Shown in pieces: positions 10,892-21,318 of a DNA stretch of 64,000 nt. Made by a program: the position numbers and the translations under genes. The DNA is from Azolla caroliniana (taxonomy: Eukaryota > Plantae > Polypodiophyta): the NCBI GenBank assembly GCA_043228905.1, contig JBHGNT010000004.1, forward strand, positions 8,122,001-8,186,000, read 5' to 3'. Every line of letters begins with the position of its first letter. Within the stretch, counting starts at the first letter, position 1. Below the pieces are notes generated by a model. It was not told the origin of the DNA and did not search any database. It worked only from the letters and a program-made list of their open reading frames with translations.

Positions 10892-13800
10892 TCAGTTCTC
10901 CCACGATGGCATCGACTTCCGTTGTGTCCGTGTCCCCTTGGCCTTCAATCGATCCGACTCATCCGGATCCATCTGTTGATCCGAGTCAGCTGTCTCCGAC
11001 TTGTTCCAGCTCTTGTCCGAATTGGTACACTCCGATTCGACTTCCGGCTTCAGGCCTCTCACCACATCGGACCACTTCCGAGTCTTGGCCTTCTCCATGC
11101 TTCCCTCGGTTTCTTCAGCCGGTGAACCAAAATCGAATTCTTCATTCGACTCCGCATCATGGTCAGTACCGTCGTGATGACCTCCGCACAGCATGCACTT
11201 CTTTTCCTGAGTGCACAACTCTTCTTCACAGCCGCTTGCTCCGACCTGTTCGGATGTGTCGACTTCCTTCGTCGACTCGGCTTCCTTCATCTTCTTGTCT
11301 CCTCTTCTTCCGGCTCTCCTCTTACCGACGGATTCAACAGTTTTTTGGCCTTTGCCCGTTTCGGTAGAGACTTTGCCCTTGCTTCTCCCCCTCAAGTGCG
11401 GCACGTCGAGATGCTGAATACCAAGCATGTCGGTAAAGTGCTGCAACTTGTCCGATCCGAGCGGCTTGGTGAAGATGTTGGCAACTTGCCGATCCGTATG
11501 AACATACCGTAGGTCAACTTCACCGCTCAGGACCCGCTCATGCACGAAGTGGTAGTGCACCTCAATGTGCTTTGTGCGAGCATGGAACACAGGGTTCCTG
11601 GCGAGCTGCAGGCTGCTCATGTTATCGCAGTAAATCGGGGTCGGTACCTCGATCCGCAAGTCTTGCAACAGTCGCCGAAGCCAGATGGCTTCACAAGTGG
11701 CAACGGTAGCGGCCCGGTACTCAGCCTCAGTGCTTGACAAAGCCACTGTGGGCTGCTTCTTGCTGCTCCACGCAACGGCCGTGCTACCTATGGAGAACAT
11801 GTATCCGGAAGTGGAGCGGCGATCAGACTCATCGCCGGCCCAGTCAACATCTATGTAACCGACAAGCTCTTCAGGTATAGCTCGCCGGTATAGCAGTCCA
11901 TGGTCCTTAGTGCCGTTGACATACCGTAATATTCGTTGCGCGCACTGAAGGTGCTCCACGGTCGGCTTCTGCATGAACTGACTTACCATGCCGACCGGAT
12001 AGCTGATGTCGGGTCGGGTGATGGTTAAGTAGATCAGGCTTCCGACAACCTGTCAGAACCATTTCTCATTGCAGGCCGGTCCAGAGTTGGGACGGAGCTT
12101 CTGGTTCCGGTCCAGGGGTGTGGAGACAGGTCGGCAATCCGTCATGCCGAACTTATACAGCATATTCAACACGCAATGTCGTTGTGAGAGCAATATGCCG
12201 TCGGGGGTCCGGATCACTTCGATCCCAAGAAAATAATGAAGGTCCCCCAGGTCCTTCATTTCGAATGCGTCCGACAACTGGGACTTGACGCGGTTGATTT
12301 CGGGAAGACCCGGTCCGGTGATGACTAAATCATCCACATACAAGAGTATACATACCGGACTGTCAGAGCCTTGCCGGATGAACAACGAAGAGTCCGACTT
12401 AGAGACAGCAAACCCCAGCTTACACAACCGGTGCGTGATCTTCGCGTTCCAAGCTCGGGGGGCTTGCTTCAAGCCGTAAAGCGACTTCTTCAGTCGGCAT
12501 ACCGCCGACTTGTTCATCTCCGATTGAAATCCGGGGGGCTGAGTCATAAAGACTTCTTCTTCAAGCTCTCCTTGAAGGAAGGCGTTCTTCACATCCATCT
12601 GGTGAAGATGCCACCCCCTTGCCGCAGCAACCACCAGTACCACACAAACCGTTGTCATCTTCGCCACAGGAGCAAAGGTCTCGTTGTAGTCGATTCCGTG
12701 GGTCTGCATGTATCCCTTCGCCACTAACCGGGCTTTGTACCGGTTAACAGAACTGTCGGCATTGTACTTGACCTTGTACACCCACTTGCATCCGATCGGT
12801 TTACAGTGACGGGGAGGATCAACTAGGTCCCAAGTTTCGTTGGCATCGAGTGCCCGCATTTCTTCGTCCATAGCGGCACGCCAATTTGTGTCCTTTGCCG
12901 CTTCTGCGTAGCTCTCCGGCTCACGCACTTCTGTCACCTTAGTCATGTACGCATAATGATGCGCCATGTATTCATTGTACCCGTACCGCATGACGGGATC
13001 CTTCTGGCGGGTTGATCGGCGCAACGCACCGTCACCTGATTTGAGGCCCTTCTTGGCCAGTTCGGTCTTCGTTGCCGAAGATCCGCTTTTCTCCTTTCCG
13101 GAGTCAGATACGCACCGATCCGACTCATCGTTGCCGGTTTCGAATTCCGTCATCTTCCTCTTCCCCTTCTCTTTGCGTGTGAACTGTTTCCTCGGTTCCT
13201 TGCGCGGGGAGAGCACGGCAGAGTCTCCACCACTTGCCGTCTCTTCATCCGACTGGTCCAACCAACTCAGTCGCTTGTTCGGTCCACTCAACCGTAACGA
13301 TTCCGGACTCTCATCTTGAGTCCCAGCTTCATCATCCTCTGCCAGGGCTGATTCAGGCTCACTGGCCTGATCTTCCGGCATTGGGTCGGGATTGGAAGTC
13401 GGAGTCGGTACGGAGTACCAAGATGCTGATTCATCGAACTCGACATCCCGGCTAACTCGGACTTCCTTCGTCTAGGGGTTATAGCACTTATACCCCTTTT
13501 GCTCTTGAGCATAGCCGACTAGGATGCATTTTTCCGATTTTGCATCCAACTTTCGCCGCTTCTGATCCGGCACATGCACATACGCTATGCTGCCAAATAT
13601 CCGAAGGTGTCTTAAGTTTGGCTTGCGCCCGAAATACAGCTCATGAGCTGACACCTTCTCACCAATGCGGTTTTGTATGTAGACGGCCGTCCGGACCGCC
13701 TCCGCCCAGTAGAACTGGGGCATGCTCTTCTCCTCCAGCATTGCCCTTGCCACTTCGACGAGTGTCCGGTTCTTCCTTTCAGCCACACCGTTTTGCTCCG

Positions 13801-15929
13801 GTGTGTATCTGCAGCTGAACTCTCGCCGAATTCCCTTCTGCTGCAGATAACTAGTGAATTGGCCGGAAAAATATTCCTTTCCGCCATCCGACCGAAGGCA
13901 TTTGATCTTCCTCTCCGATTCCCGTTCCACCATCTTCTGGAGGCTCCGGAAACAGTCGAAGACTTCGCTCTTCCGCTCAATGAGGTAGATCCAAGTATGT
14001 CGAGTATAGTCGTCGATGAAGGAGACAAAGTATCGGCTCCCAACAAGGCTTACACTTTGTGCCGGTCCCCACACATCCGAATGGATGAGATCAAGCTTGT
14101 TACGGCTCCGGTTCCTTTTGGTGGGGAATGGAAGCCGGTGTTGCTTCCCAAGTTGGCAGGCTTCACAAATTTCGGCTCTCCGGTTGCTGAACTTCAGCAA
14201 ACCGAAAACGACTTGTTTCGTTTGCAGGTCTTGAAGCCTCCGGTAGTTGACGTGGCCTATCCGCTTGTGCCACAGGTCGATGTCTGACTCGACCTTCTGT
14301 CGTTTCACGAACAGAGCGGTGCCAAAGTCATTGGTGTTGAGGATAAACATCCTCCCATCTCTGCGCCCTTGCGCAATGACTTCGCCCTCATCCTCAATGA
14401 AGCACCCGAGGTGCGTAAACCGCACCTGCATCCCCTTGTCGACAATCTGACTAACGAACACCAGGTTCTTCGTGATTGTCGGAACGTGTAATACGTTCAT
14501 CAGCTTCCCTTTCTGTCCGACGTGGCTTAGAGGGACTTCTCCGACATGCACGATTGGGTGAGGAGTGTCGTCTCCGGTTTCGACTACTCCTGGTTGATCC
14601 GGTTTCTCCAGAAAGGAGAACCACTCTTTGTGGCTCATCATGTGGTTCGACGCGTTGGAATCAACATACCACGATTGGGTGAGGAGTGTCGTCTCCGGTT
14701 TCGACTACTCCTGGTTGATCCGGTTTCTCCAGAAAGGAGAACCACTCTTTGTGGCTCGTCATGTGGTTCGACGCACTGGAATCAACATGCACGATTGGGT
14801 GAGGAGTGTCGTCTCCGGTTTCGACTACTCCTGGTTGATCCGGTTTCTCCAGAAAGGAGAACCACTCTTTGTGGCTCGTCATGTGGTTCGACGCGCTGGA
14901 ATCAACATACCACACTTCCTCCGTTTTGGAAGTGGTCTTCTTCATTGAGTTTGCCTTGTGATTCATCACCAAGGCTGGCCCCTTACCGGCCTTTCCGGTT
15001 CCGGATCCTCCTGATCCGTTTGCGTAGTGCGCGTTTTGCAAGCCATCCTTACCGGTCTTGCCGGATCCGGATTTGTCCGAATCGGCACGCTTTCTCCAGC
15101 ACTCGCTTTCCCTGTGGCCTTTTTTGCCACAGTACCAGCATTCCGTAGTGGATTTGTCTTGCCGGCCTTCGGCACTGCCTTGACTCCCCCTGCTTGTGGA
15201 AGTCCTGGAACTGCTCTCGGCACGCTCATAGTGCCTCCGTTCCTGCTCTTGCCGGCCGCCTCCATTGCGTGCTGACCCAGCTCTTCCACCATGCCCATGG
15301 AGCCGATCCGTTCCCGTGTACAGCATTCGACTGTCCGAGGATGCACTGGTAGATGCACCGGCGTGGTTCTCCTCTACAAGGAGCATCGACTATAAGTCGA
15401 AGAATGAGGGGGTATTCTCCCTTGTACACACCGCAGTCCAGAACGCTCCGAACTTGGACGCCAGGCCTCCGAGACATACCTGCACCATCTCGTCTTCCTC
15501 TACGGTAACATTGATAGAGGTGAGCGAGTCGCAGATCTCCTTTATCCGGCCCGTGTAGTCTGCCACGGACATGTTATTCTGTCGAACATTGCTCAACTCC
15601 TGTTTGAGTTGCAGCTTCCGGGCAGTGGTGCTTGCGGCGAAAACCTTTTTCAGGTTCCCCCAAGCATCCTTCGCTATCTTGGCGTCACGGATGTGGCTGA
15701 GCAGCTGATCGCCGACACTGGACGCGAAGCAGTACATCACCCTGCTTGCCGCCTGTTCCCATACCGGGAAGTCCTTGTGTGCCGAGTCGGGCGCCGCATC
15801 ATTCGCTCCTTCGACATAACTCCAGTACCCGTGTCCAAGCAGGTACTGGTGCATCTTGTAAGACCAGGATGCGTAGTTGCTCCTGTCAAGCTTCTCCACC
15901 GGGAGCGACGTAGCCATGCCTCTATCCAT
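10892..15929 (-). pseudogene. gag-pol of B2 (gag, CCHC knuckle, protease, INT, RT, RNase H, C-terminal extension) with stops and a frameshift
   Basis: ORFs 15390-15929, 14661-15386 (CWYCGKKGHRESEC, VWYVDS), 13472-14641 (IHSDVWGP), 12053-13381 (YVDD), 10892-11989 (RTKHIEVHYHF). Confidence 0.92.
14549..14913. repeat. Tandem triplication (121 and 120 bp periods) across the B2 protease region
   Basis: CGATTGGGTGAGGAGTGTCG starts at 14551, 14672 and 14792. Confidence 0.95.
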
Positions 15930-18014
15930 GTCTTCTACTGTGTCTGTTTTCGACCTGTTAGGGTTTTCTTCTCAAGAGTAAATGTCTGCAGCAGAGGTTC
16001 TCAACCCTCGCGCTCTAATACCATGTAAACGTAAGTGTTTGCGGAAGCGTAAAATAGAGAACAACAACACACACACACACACACACACACACAGAGCGAG
16101 AGAGACAGAGAGAGCAGAACACAATTTCAAAATTATATCAAGATTCTGTATACACACTGTGCTAAGTAGCACTATTTATACAAGTCCTCTTGGGACTGAC
16201 AGAAGTACCATGTACTTCAATGCTCACACGAGCATCTGACACTTACTACGAGACTATAGCTACCTAGTATTCTATCCTACACTAGGCTTCCGATTGGACT
16301 TCCGGTTACGGATTGCACCCGGCCTCCACTGCTTGCCGGTTCGGTTGCTCACCGTCATACCGATCCGTTTTGCCCGATCCGTCTCGCTTACCGACTCCGG
16401 CTTATTCAGCCGATCCGGCTCCGGTTGAGCTTGCCACTCAACGGAATCTAAGACATTGAACGTTAGAAGAATATAAAGTAAGGATAATTCACATTTGGAG
16501 GCTAAGAACATGAACCAAGACCTTAGGAAGAAGTCAAAAGTAAAAGTAAGAGACCAAGAGAAAAGTAAAAAGAGAAAAGGCGGACCATAAAAAACAGTAA
16601 CAAAGGAATGGTCATAACTCCTTCGTTTTTCACCCAAATATTATGTTTAAATATAGGTTAGAAAGCTTGTAAAGAGATCTATCTATAGTTTTTTAAATCA
16701 CTAAATTTGGAGCTCTAACGAGGGAGATATGACGAACAGAAGGTCGTTGGGTCTTAGCTAAAAATAGGAAATAAAAAGCTTCTAAAAATAGCATGAACGA
16801 GGAAGAAGAAGAAAATTATAAAAGAAGAAGTGGAGGTCCTAAGAAGGGGGCATGAGTCTTAGTGGAAGAAGATGGTTTTTAGGAGTGGGTTTGAGTGATG
16901 GGTAGTAAGAAGGTCTTTGGTTTTTAAGTTCATTGTGGGGTTTATCCTCTTTGTATTGACTTGAAGTGGAATATTATAACATTCTTATCTCTTTCTCATC
17001 TTTCCTACCTTTTATCTTAATTTCTTGAGTTTTCCTCTCTAAATCGTAGTTACCTAGATCTATATAATCTATTATAATTCACAACTCCATCTAATCAGTT
17101 TGATCAAGCCCTCATATTGTGTACGAGTATCATTTGTCTTATGCACCCTATCAATACCGAACCTTCTAGACCTTTTCGGATGAACAACGAAGAGTCCGAG
17201 TTTGAGGCCGCAAACCCCATCTTACGCAACCGGTGCGTGATCTTCGAATTCCAAGCGCGGAGGGCTTGCTTCAAGCCATAAAGCGACTTCTTGAGTAGGC
17301 ACACTACCAACTTGTTCATCTCCAACTAAAAACCATGGGATTGGATCATGTACACTTGTGCTTCAAGATTGCCTTGAAGAAACGCATTCTTCACGTCCAT
17401 TTGGTGAAGATGCATTGCTGCAACAACCACTAGCACCACGCGAACCATCGCCATCTTCGCTACCGGAGCGAAGGTCTCTTCGTAGTCGATTTCGTGGGCC
17501 TGCACATACCCTTTGGCCACTAATCGGGCCTTGTACCGGTTGACCGAACCGTCAGCATTGTACTTTACTTTGTACACCCACTTGCAACCGATCGGTTTGC
17601 AATGTCGGGGAAGGTCAACCATGTCCCATGTGTCATTGGCATCAAGTGCCCACATTTCTTCCTCCATAGTGGCACACCAGTCTACATCCTTTGCCGCTTC
17701 TCTCTGGCTCACGCACTTCCGCCACTTTCGTCATGTACGCATAGTGATGCGCCATGTACTCATTATATTTGTACCTTTTGACGGGGTTTGTCTGGCGGGT
17801 CGATCGGTGTAACTTCGCATTCGTCGATCACAAGGCTCTCTTGGCTGACTCGAACTTCATTCCCAAAGGTCCGTCTTCATTCCGTCCAGAGTCGGATTCA
17901 CTCCAATCCGACTCGCTCTACCGGTGGCGTATTCCGGCATCTTCGTCTTCCCCTTTTCCTTGCATGTGAACCATCTCCTTGGTTCCTTACACAGGGAGAG
18001 CACAACCGAGTATT

Positions 18015-21000
18015 TGTTATACGTTTTAGGGTTAGGGTTAAGGACGATGAGGATTATCAATGACAAAGATAGACATGGCGTAATAGCGAAGATAATGGAG
18101 AGTATGATGGTAAGAGAGATTGGCATGAAGATGTTGAGAATCGTTGAGAAGCATTGTGGGGTGGGGGGTGGTGCCTAGAATGGCTCCACCCCCCTCCCAA
18201 GGGGGTTCAACGTTGAGGGAGAGAGATAGGAAGAGAGATGACGAGAGAGAGAGAGAGAGAGAGAAATGATTCCTTCCTCATTCATTCCCCATAAAGGGGT
18301 TAAATAGTACAAGAGGGGGTAGATACAAAGGGGTGTAAGCCCCCTAGAGCATTCATATTGGACACTCACTCACACCTCATCGTATCCCTCCACATGCACA
18401 CACGTGTGCATGTGTTCACATACATATCGACTCACAATTACATTTATGTTCCCTACACATATACAACATCATCATGATAATATTCGACCCTCGCTCATCA
18501 CACTTGACTCTCCGTACAGCTCGTACGGGGTAACACAATATGGCACGCCCGTGGGAAAGTGCCTTGCACGTCGATCCCACATGCCTTGATGATGATATCT
18601 CTTCGACCGGAACTTCCATCGGTCCTTTCAATGATCGACTCCCTCGATCGGAGCGCTTGACTCGATCATCTCCATCGGTCAGCGACTTTTCCGTGACATT
18701 CTCATTCTCATTCTGTCGTCTTACGAACTTTGGTATCCTCTTTCAGGTCCTTAAAAATGTTGTGTGTATGTATGTTATTCTTTGTTGATTTTGTGAGTTG
18801 TCGTGGTCGATCACGTCCATTTCTTTAGGTGGATGAGATTTCAAAATTTCATAGGTGCCCTTTGATTTTTAAAATTTTCTTATATACCCTCAAGTTTTTA
18901 CAATTATGTTTGATACCCTCATCTTTCTTTTTCTTCTTTCCTTCTCTTCTTTCCCTCTTCTTTTTCATTTCTGTTACTACTTCTTTCTTTCTTTCTCGCC
19001 TGCTTTCTTCTTCCTCATTCTTTCTTCCCGTTCTTCCTTATTCTTCCGTCTATGCCTTTCTCTCTCTTCTTTCTGTTTCTCAGACTTCATCATCTTCTTC
19101 TTTCTCTTCTTCATTCACCACTTCTATGTCCATTGTCCGTGGCTGTCACTCTGTGTGTTTGTATGGCCTTCTTTGTTCATCTCCGTCTCGGTCTTTATTT
19201 TTGTTTCTGTTTCCGTCTCTGGCTGCGGTTCTGTCGTCGTCGCAGTCAGTGTCCTCCGATGTTCGGATGTGGCTGTCCGGCCGCCACTTTCCGTTGTTGT
19301 TCTACCATCGTGTGGCGTCGTTGCCGTCTCTCGCGGACCTGTCCAGCCATTCTCTGGGCTGGCATCTCTATCTGGCTATCTCTATTCCTTACTACCATCG
19401 GTTTTCTAGCCGCCAGCACGTCGGTTGCTCCGGCCACTTTATTCAATTGTCGTCCGGATGACGTTCGACTGCCGTCTTGTTCGACCATTCCGGCCGCTCT
19501 CTGGCTTCTGTCGGTTGGTGATGACCGTTCTTGAAGCCCCTCTCGTCGTCGTCGGCCCTGTCCGGCTGGTCTGCAGTCGCGTGGCCGTCTGTTTTGGCTG
19601 AGCTCCGTCACTTGGCCACTCTTCAGTCGTCATCCGGTTGTCATTCGGCTGCTGTCTGGCCGCTTCCGGCAATCTCCATCACCGTCGTTGTTTGGTGTCA
19701 TCAGGTCCGGCCTCCTCCATTCCGACGCCATTCAACCACTGGGACCGTTCTTAGGTCGCTTTCCGATAGGTGCTCTGTCGCCTCTTGTTCTATCACCATC
19801 TCCGTATCACCGTCTTGGCCGTGGTTTGGTTGTGTCTTTTCGGCTCTTTTCGGTTGTGTCGCTTGAGTCTATTTTGCTTGCCTGTGTCAGTTTGCTCATA
19901 AAACACTAGAGATTCATCTCTTCGAAATTCCTAAGATGGGAACATAGAATGATGTTGGTAGACAGGTCCCTCCGGATGGGAAGGGAGAAGAACAGTGCCG
20001 AAACGGTATGAACCGGATGGGGAGAACCCGACTTCGGAGAGTCGGATGGTGTAGGCACGATATGAACCGGATGGGGAGAACCCGACTTCGGAGAGTCGGA
20101 TGGTGTAGGCCCGGTATGAACCGGATGAGGAGTACCCGACTGCGGAGAGCCGGATGGAGCCCATCGAGGCTACATTTGTAAATAGCCGAAAAGTCATATT
20201 AGTATAAATATGACTTAGGGCAAACTTTTAGTAACTGTTGTCATTCTAGTTGTCATTCTTTCTTGTTGGTGCAAGAAGAAATCAGAGCGCGTAACTGTAC
20301 AGAAAGAGAGAGAGAGAGAAAAGAGAGAGAGAGACGAGGTCGTTGCCTCTGTTGTAACCGCCGCCTGTGGCAAAGATCTGAGAACACGAGGTCGTTGCCT
20401 CAGTGATCTCACTGTTGTATATTTCTGCATAGTGACAGTTTGCAGCTCGTGGGCTGCCGTGGTTTTTCCCTTACTTTGGGGTTTTCCACGTATACCTCCT
20501 GTGTACCATTTCTCCTCTTCTTTTTCTTTTGTGTCGCGTTTCATTACCTGTTTTCTGTGTATGAAAAGAATCTCGGTTGTGGCCGAGCGTCGGACATAAG
20601 GAACGTCGAGTTCCCAACAAATGATTGGGAGAATGCCATTCAAACAGAAATCCATAGTCTCTATAGTTTGGTAGTTCGTTCTGTCTTCTTCCTTAATCAT
20701 GTTGCATCCTTCAGAATCTCTTTCATCGGTAAGATTCGAAATGGAGAAGACGCAAACCGAAACCCTAATGACACAACATCATAATCATTGTATTTTACTC
20801 CTGTTTCTTTTGTAGGTTTTTAGGGTTAGGGTTAATGAGAATGATAATGATGATGATTGATGATGAAGATAGACATTGTGTAATTGTGGAGATGATGAAT
20901 GGTATGATGGTGAGAGATCATGAAGATGCAAGAAAAGCATTGAGAAGCATTGCGGGGTGGGGGGTGGTGCCTAGAATGGCTCCACCCCCCTCTCAAGGGG

Positions 21001-21318
21001 GTTCAACGTTAAGGGGGGAGAGAGAGAAAGATGTCAAAGAGAGAGAGAAATGGTTATTCATGTTTCATTCCCCATAAAGGGGTTAAATAGTACAAGAGGG
21101 GGTAGATACAAAGGGGTGTAAGCCCCCTAGAGCATTCATATTGGACACTCACTCACACCTCATCGTATCCCTCCACATGCACACACGTGTGCATGTGTTC
21201 ACATACATATCGACTCACAATTACATTTATGTTCCCTACACATATACAACATCATCATGATAATATTCGACCCTCGCTCATCACACTTGACTCTCCGTAC
21301 AGCTCGTACGGGGTAATA
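18015..21318 (+). mobile_element. Non-autonomous, non-coding LTR element Y (LARD/TRIM-like)
   Basis: TSD GTATT (18010-18014 / 21319-21323); LTRs 18015-18535 and ~20811-21318; PBS TGGCACGCCCGTGGGA at 18541 (tRNA-Arg-like); no gag/pol motifs inside. Confidence 0.85.
19953..20619 (+). mobile_element. Solo LTR of copia family A
   Basis: TGTTGG..CCAACA; perfect TSD AATGA (19948-19952 / 20620-20624); homologous to 5611-6226; three 54-bp U3 repeats. Confidence 0.93.

Larger units (their letters stand above)
10241..16443 (-). mobile_element. Full-length copia family B copy 2
   Basis: Near-identical LTRs 10241-10657 and 16024-16443; TSD GAATC (10236-10240 / 16444-16448); tRNA-iMet-type PBS 16011-16023; PPT 10658-10668. 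Confidence 0.95.
10220..17153. mobile_element. Solo LTR X (AT-rich, ~730 bp net: 10220-10240 plus 16449-17153), interrupted by B2
   Basis: TGTGAAAG..CCTATCA; 5-bp TSD ATACC (10215-10219 / 17154-17158); host RT reads SLFIRKGLEGS|VCILLYVDD across it. Confidence 0.85.

Noticed and set aside
18829-19534. Three overlapping hydrophobic ORFs as an env-like gene
   Set aside because: CT-rich, A-poor low-complexity DNA is open in all frames, so this is a compositional artefact.
20005-20157. Palindromic direct repeats resembling a CRISPR array
   Set aside because: The intervening sequences repeat too, the repeats lie inside a TSD-bounded LTR, and there are no cas genes.
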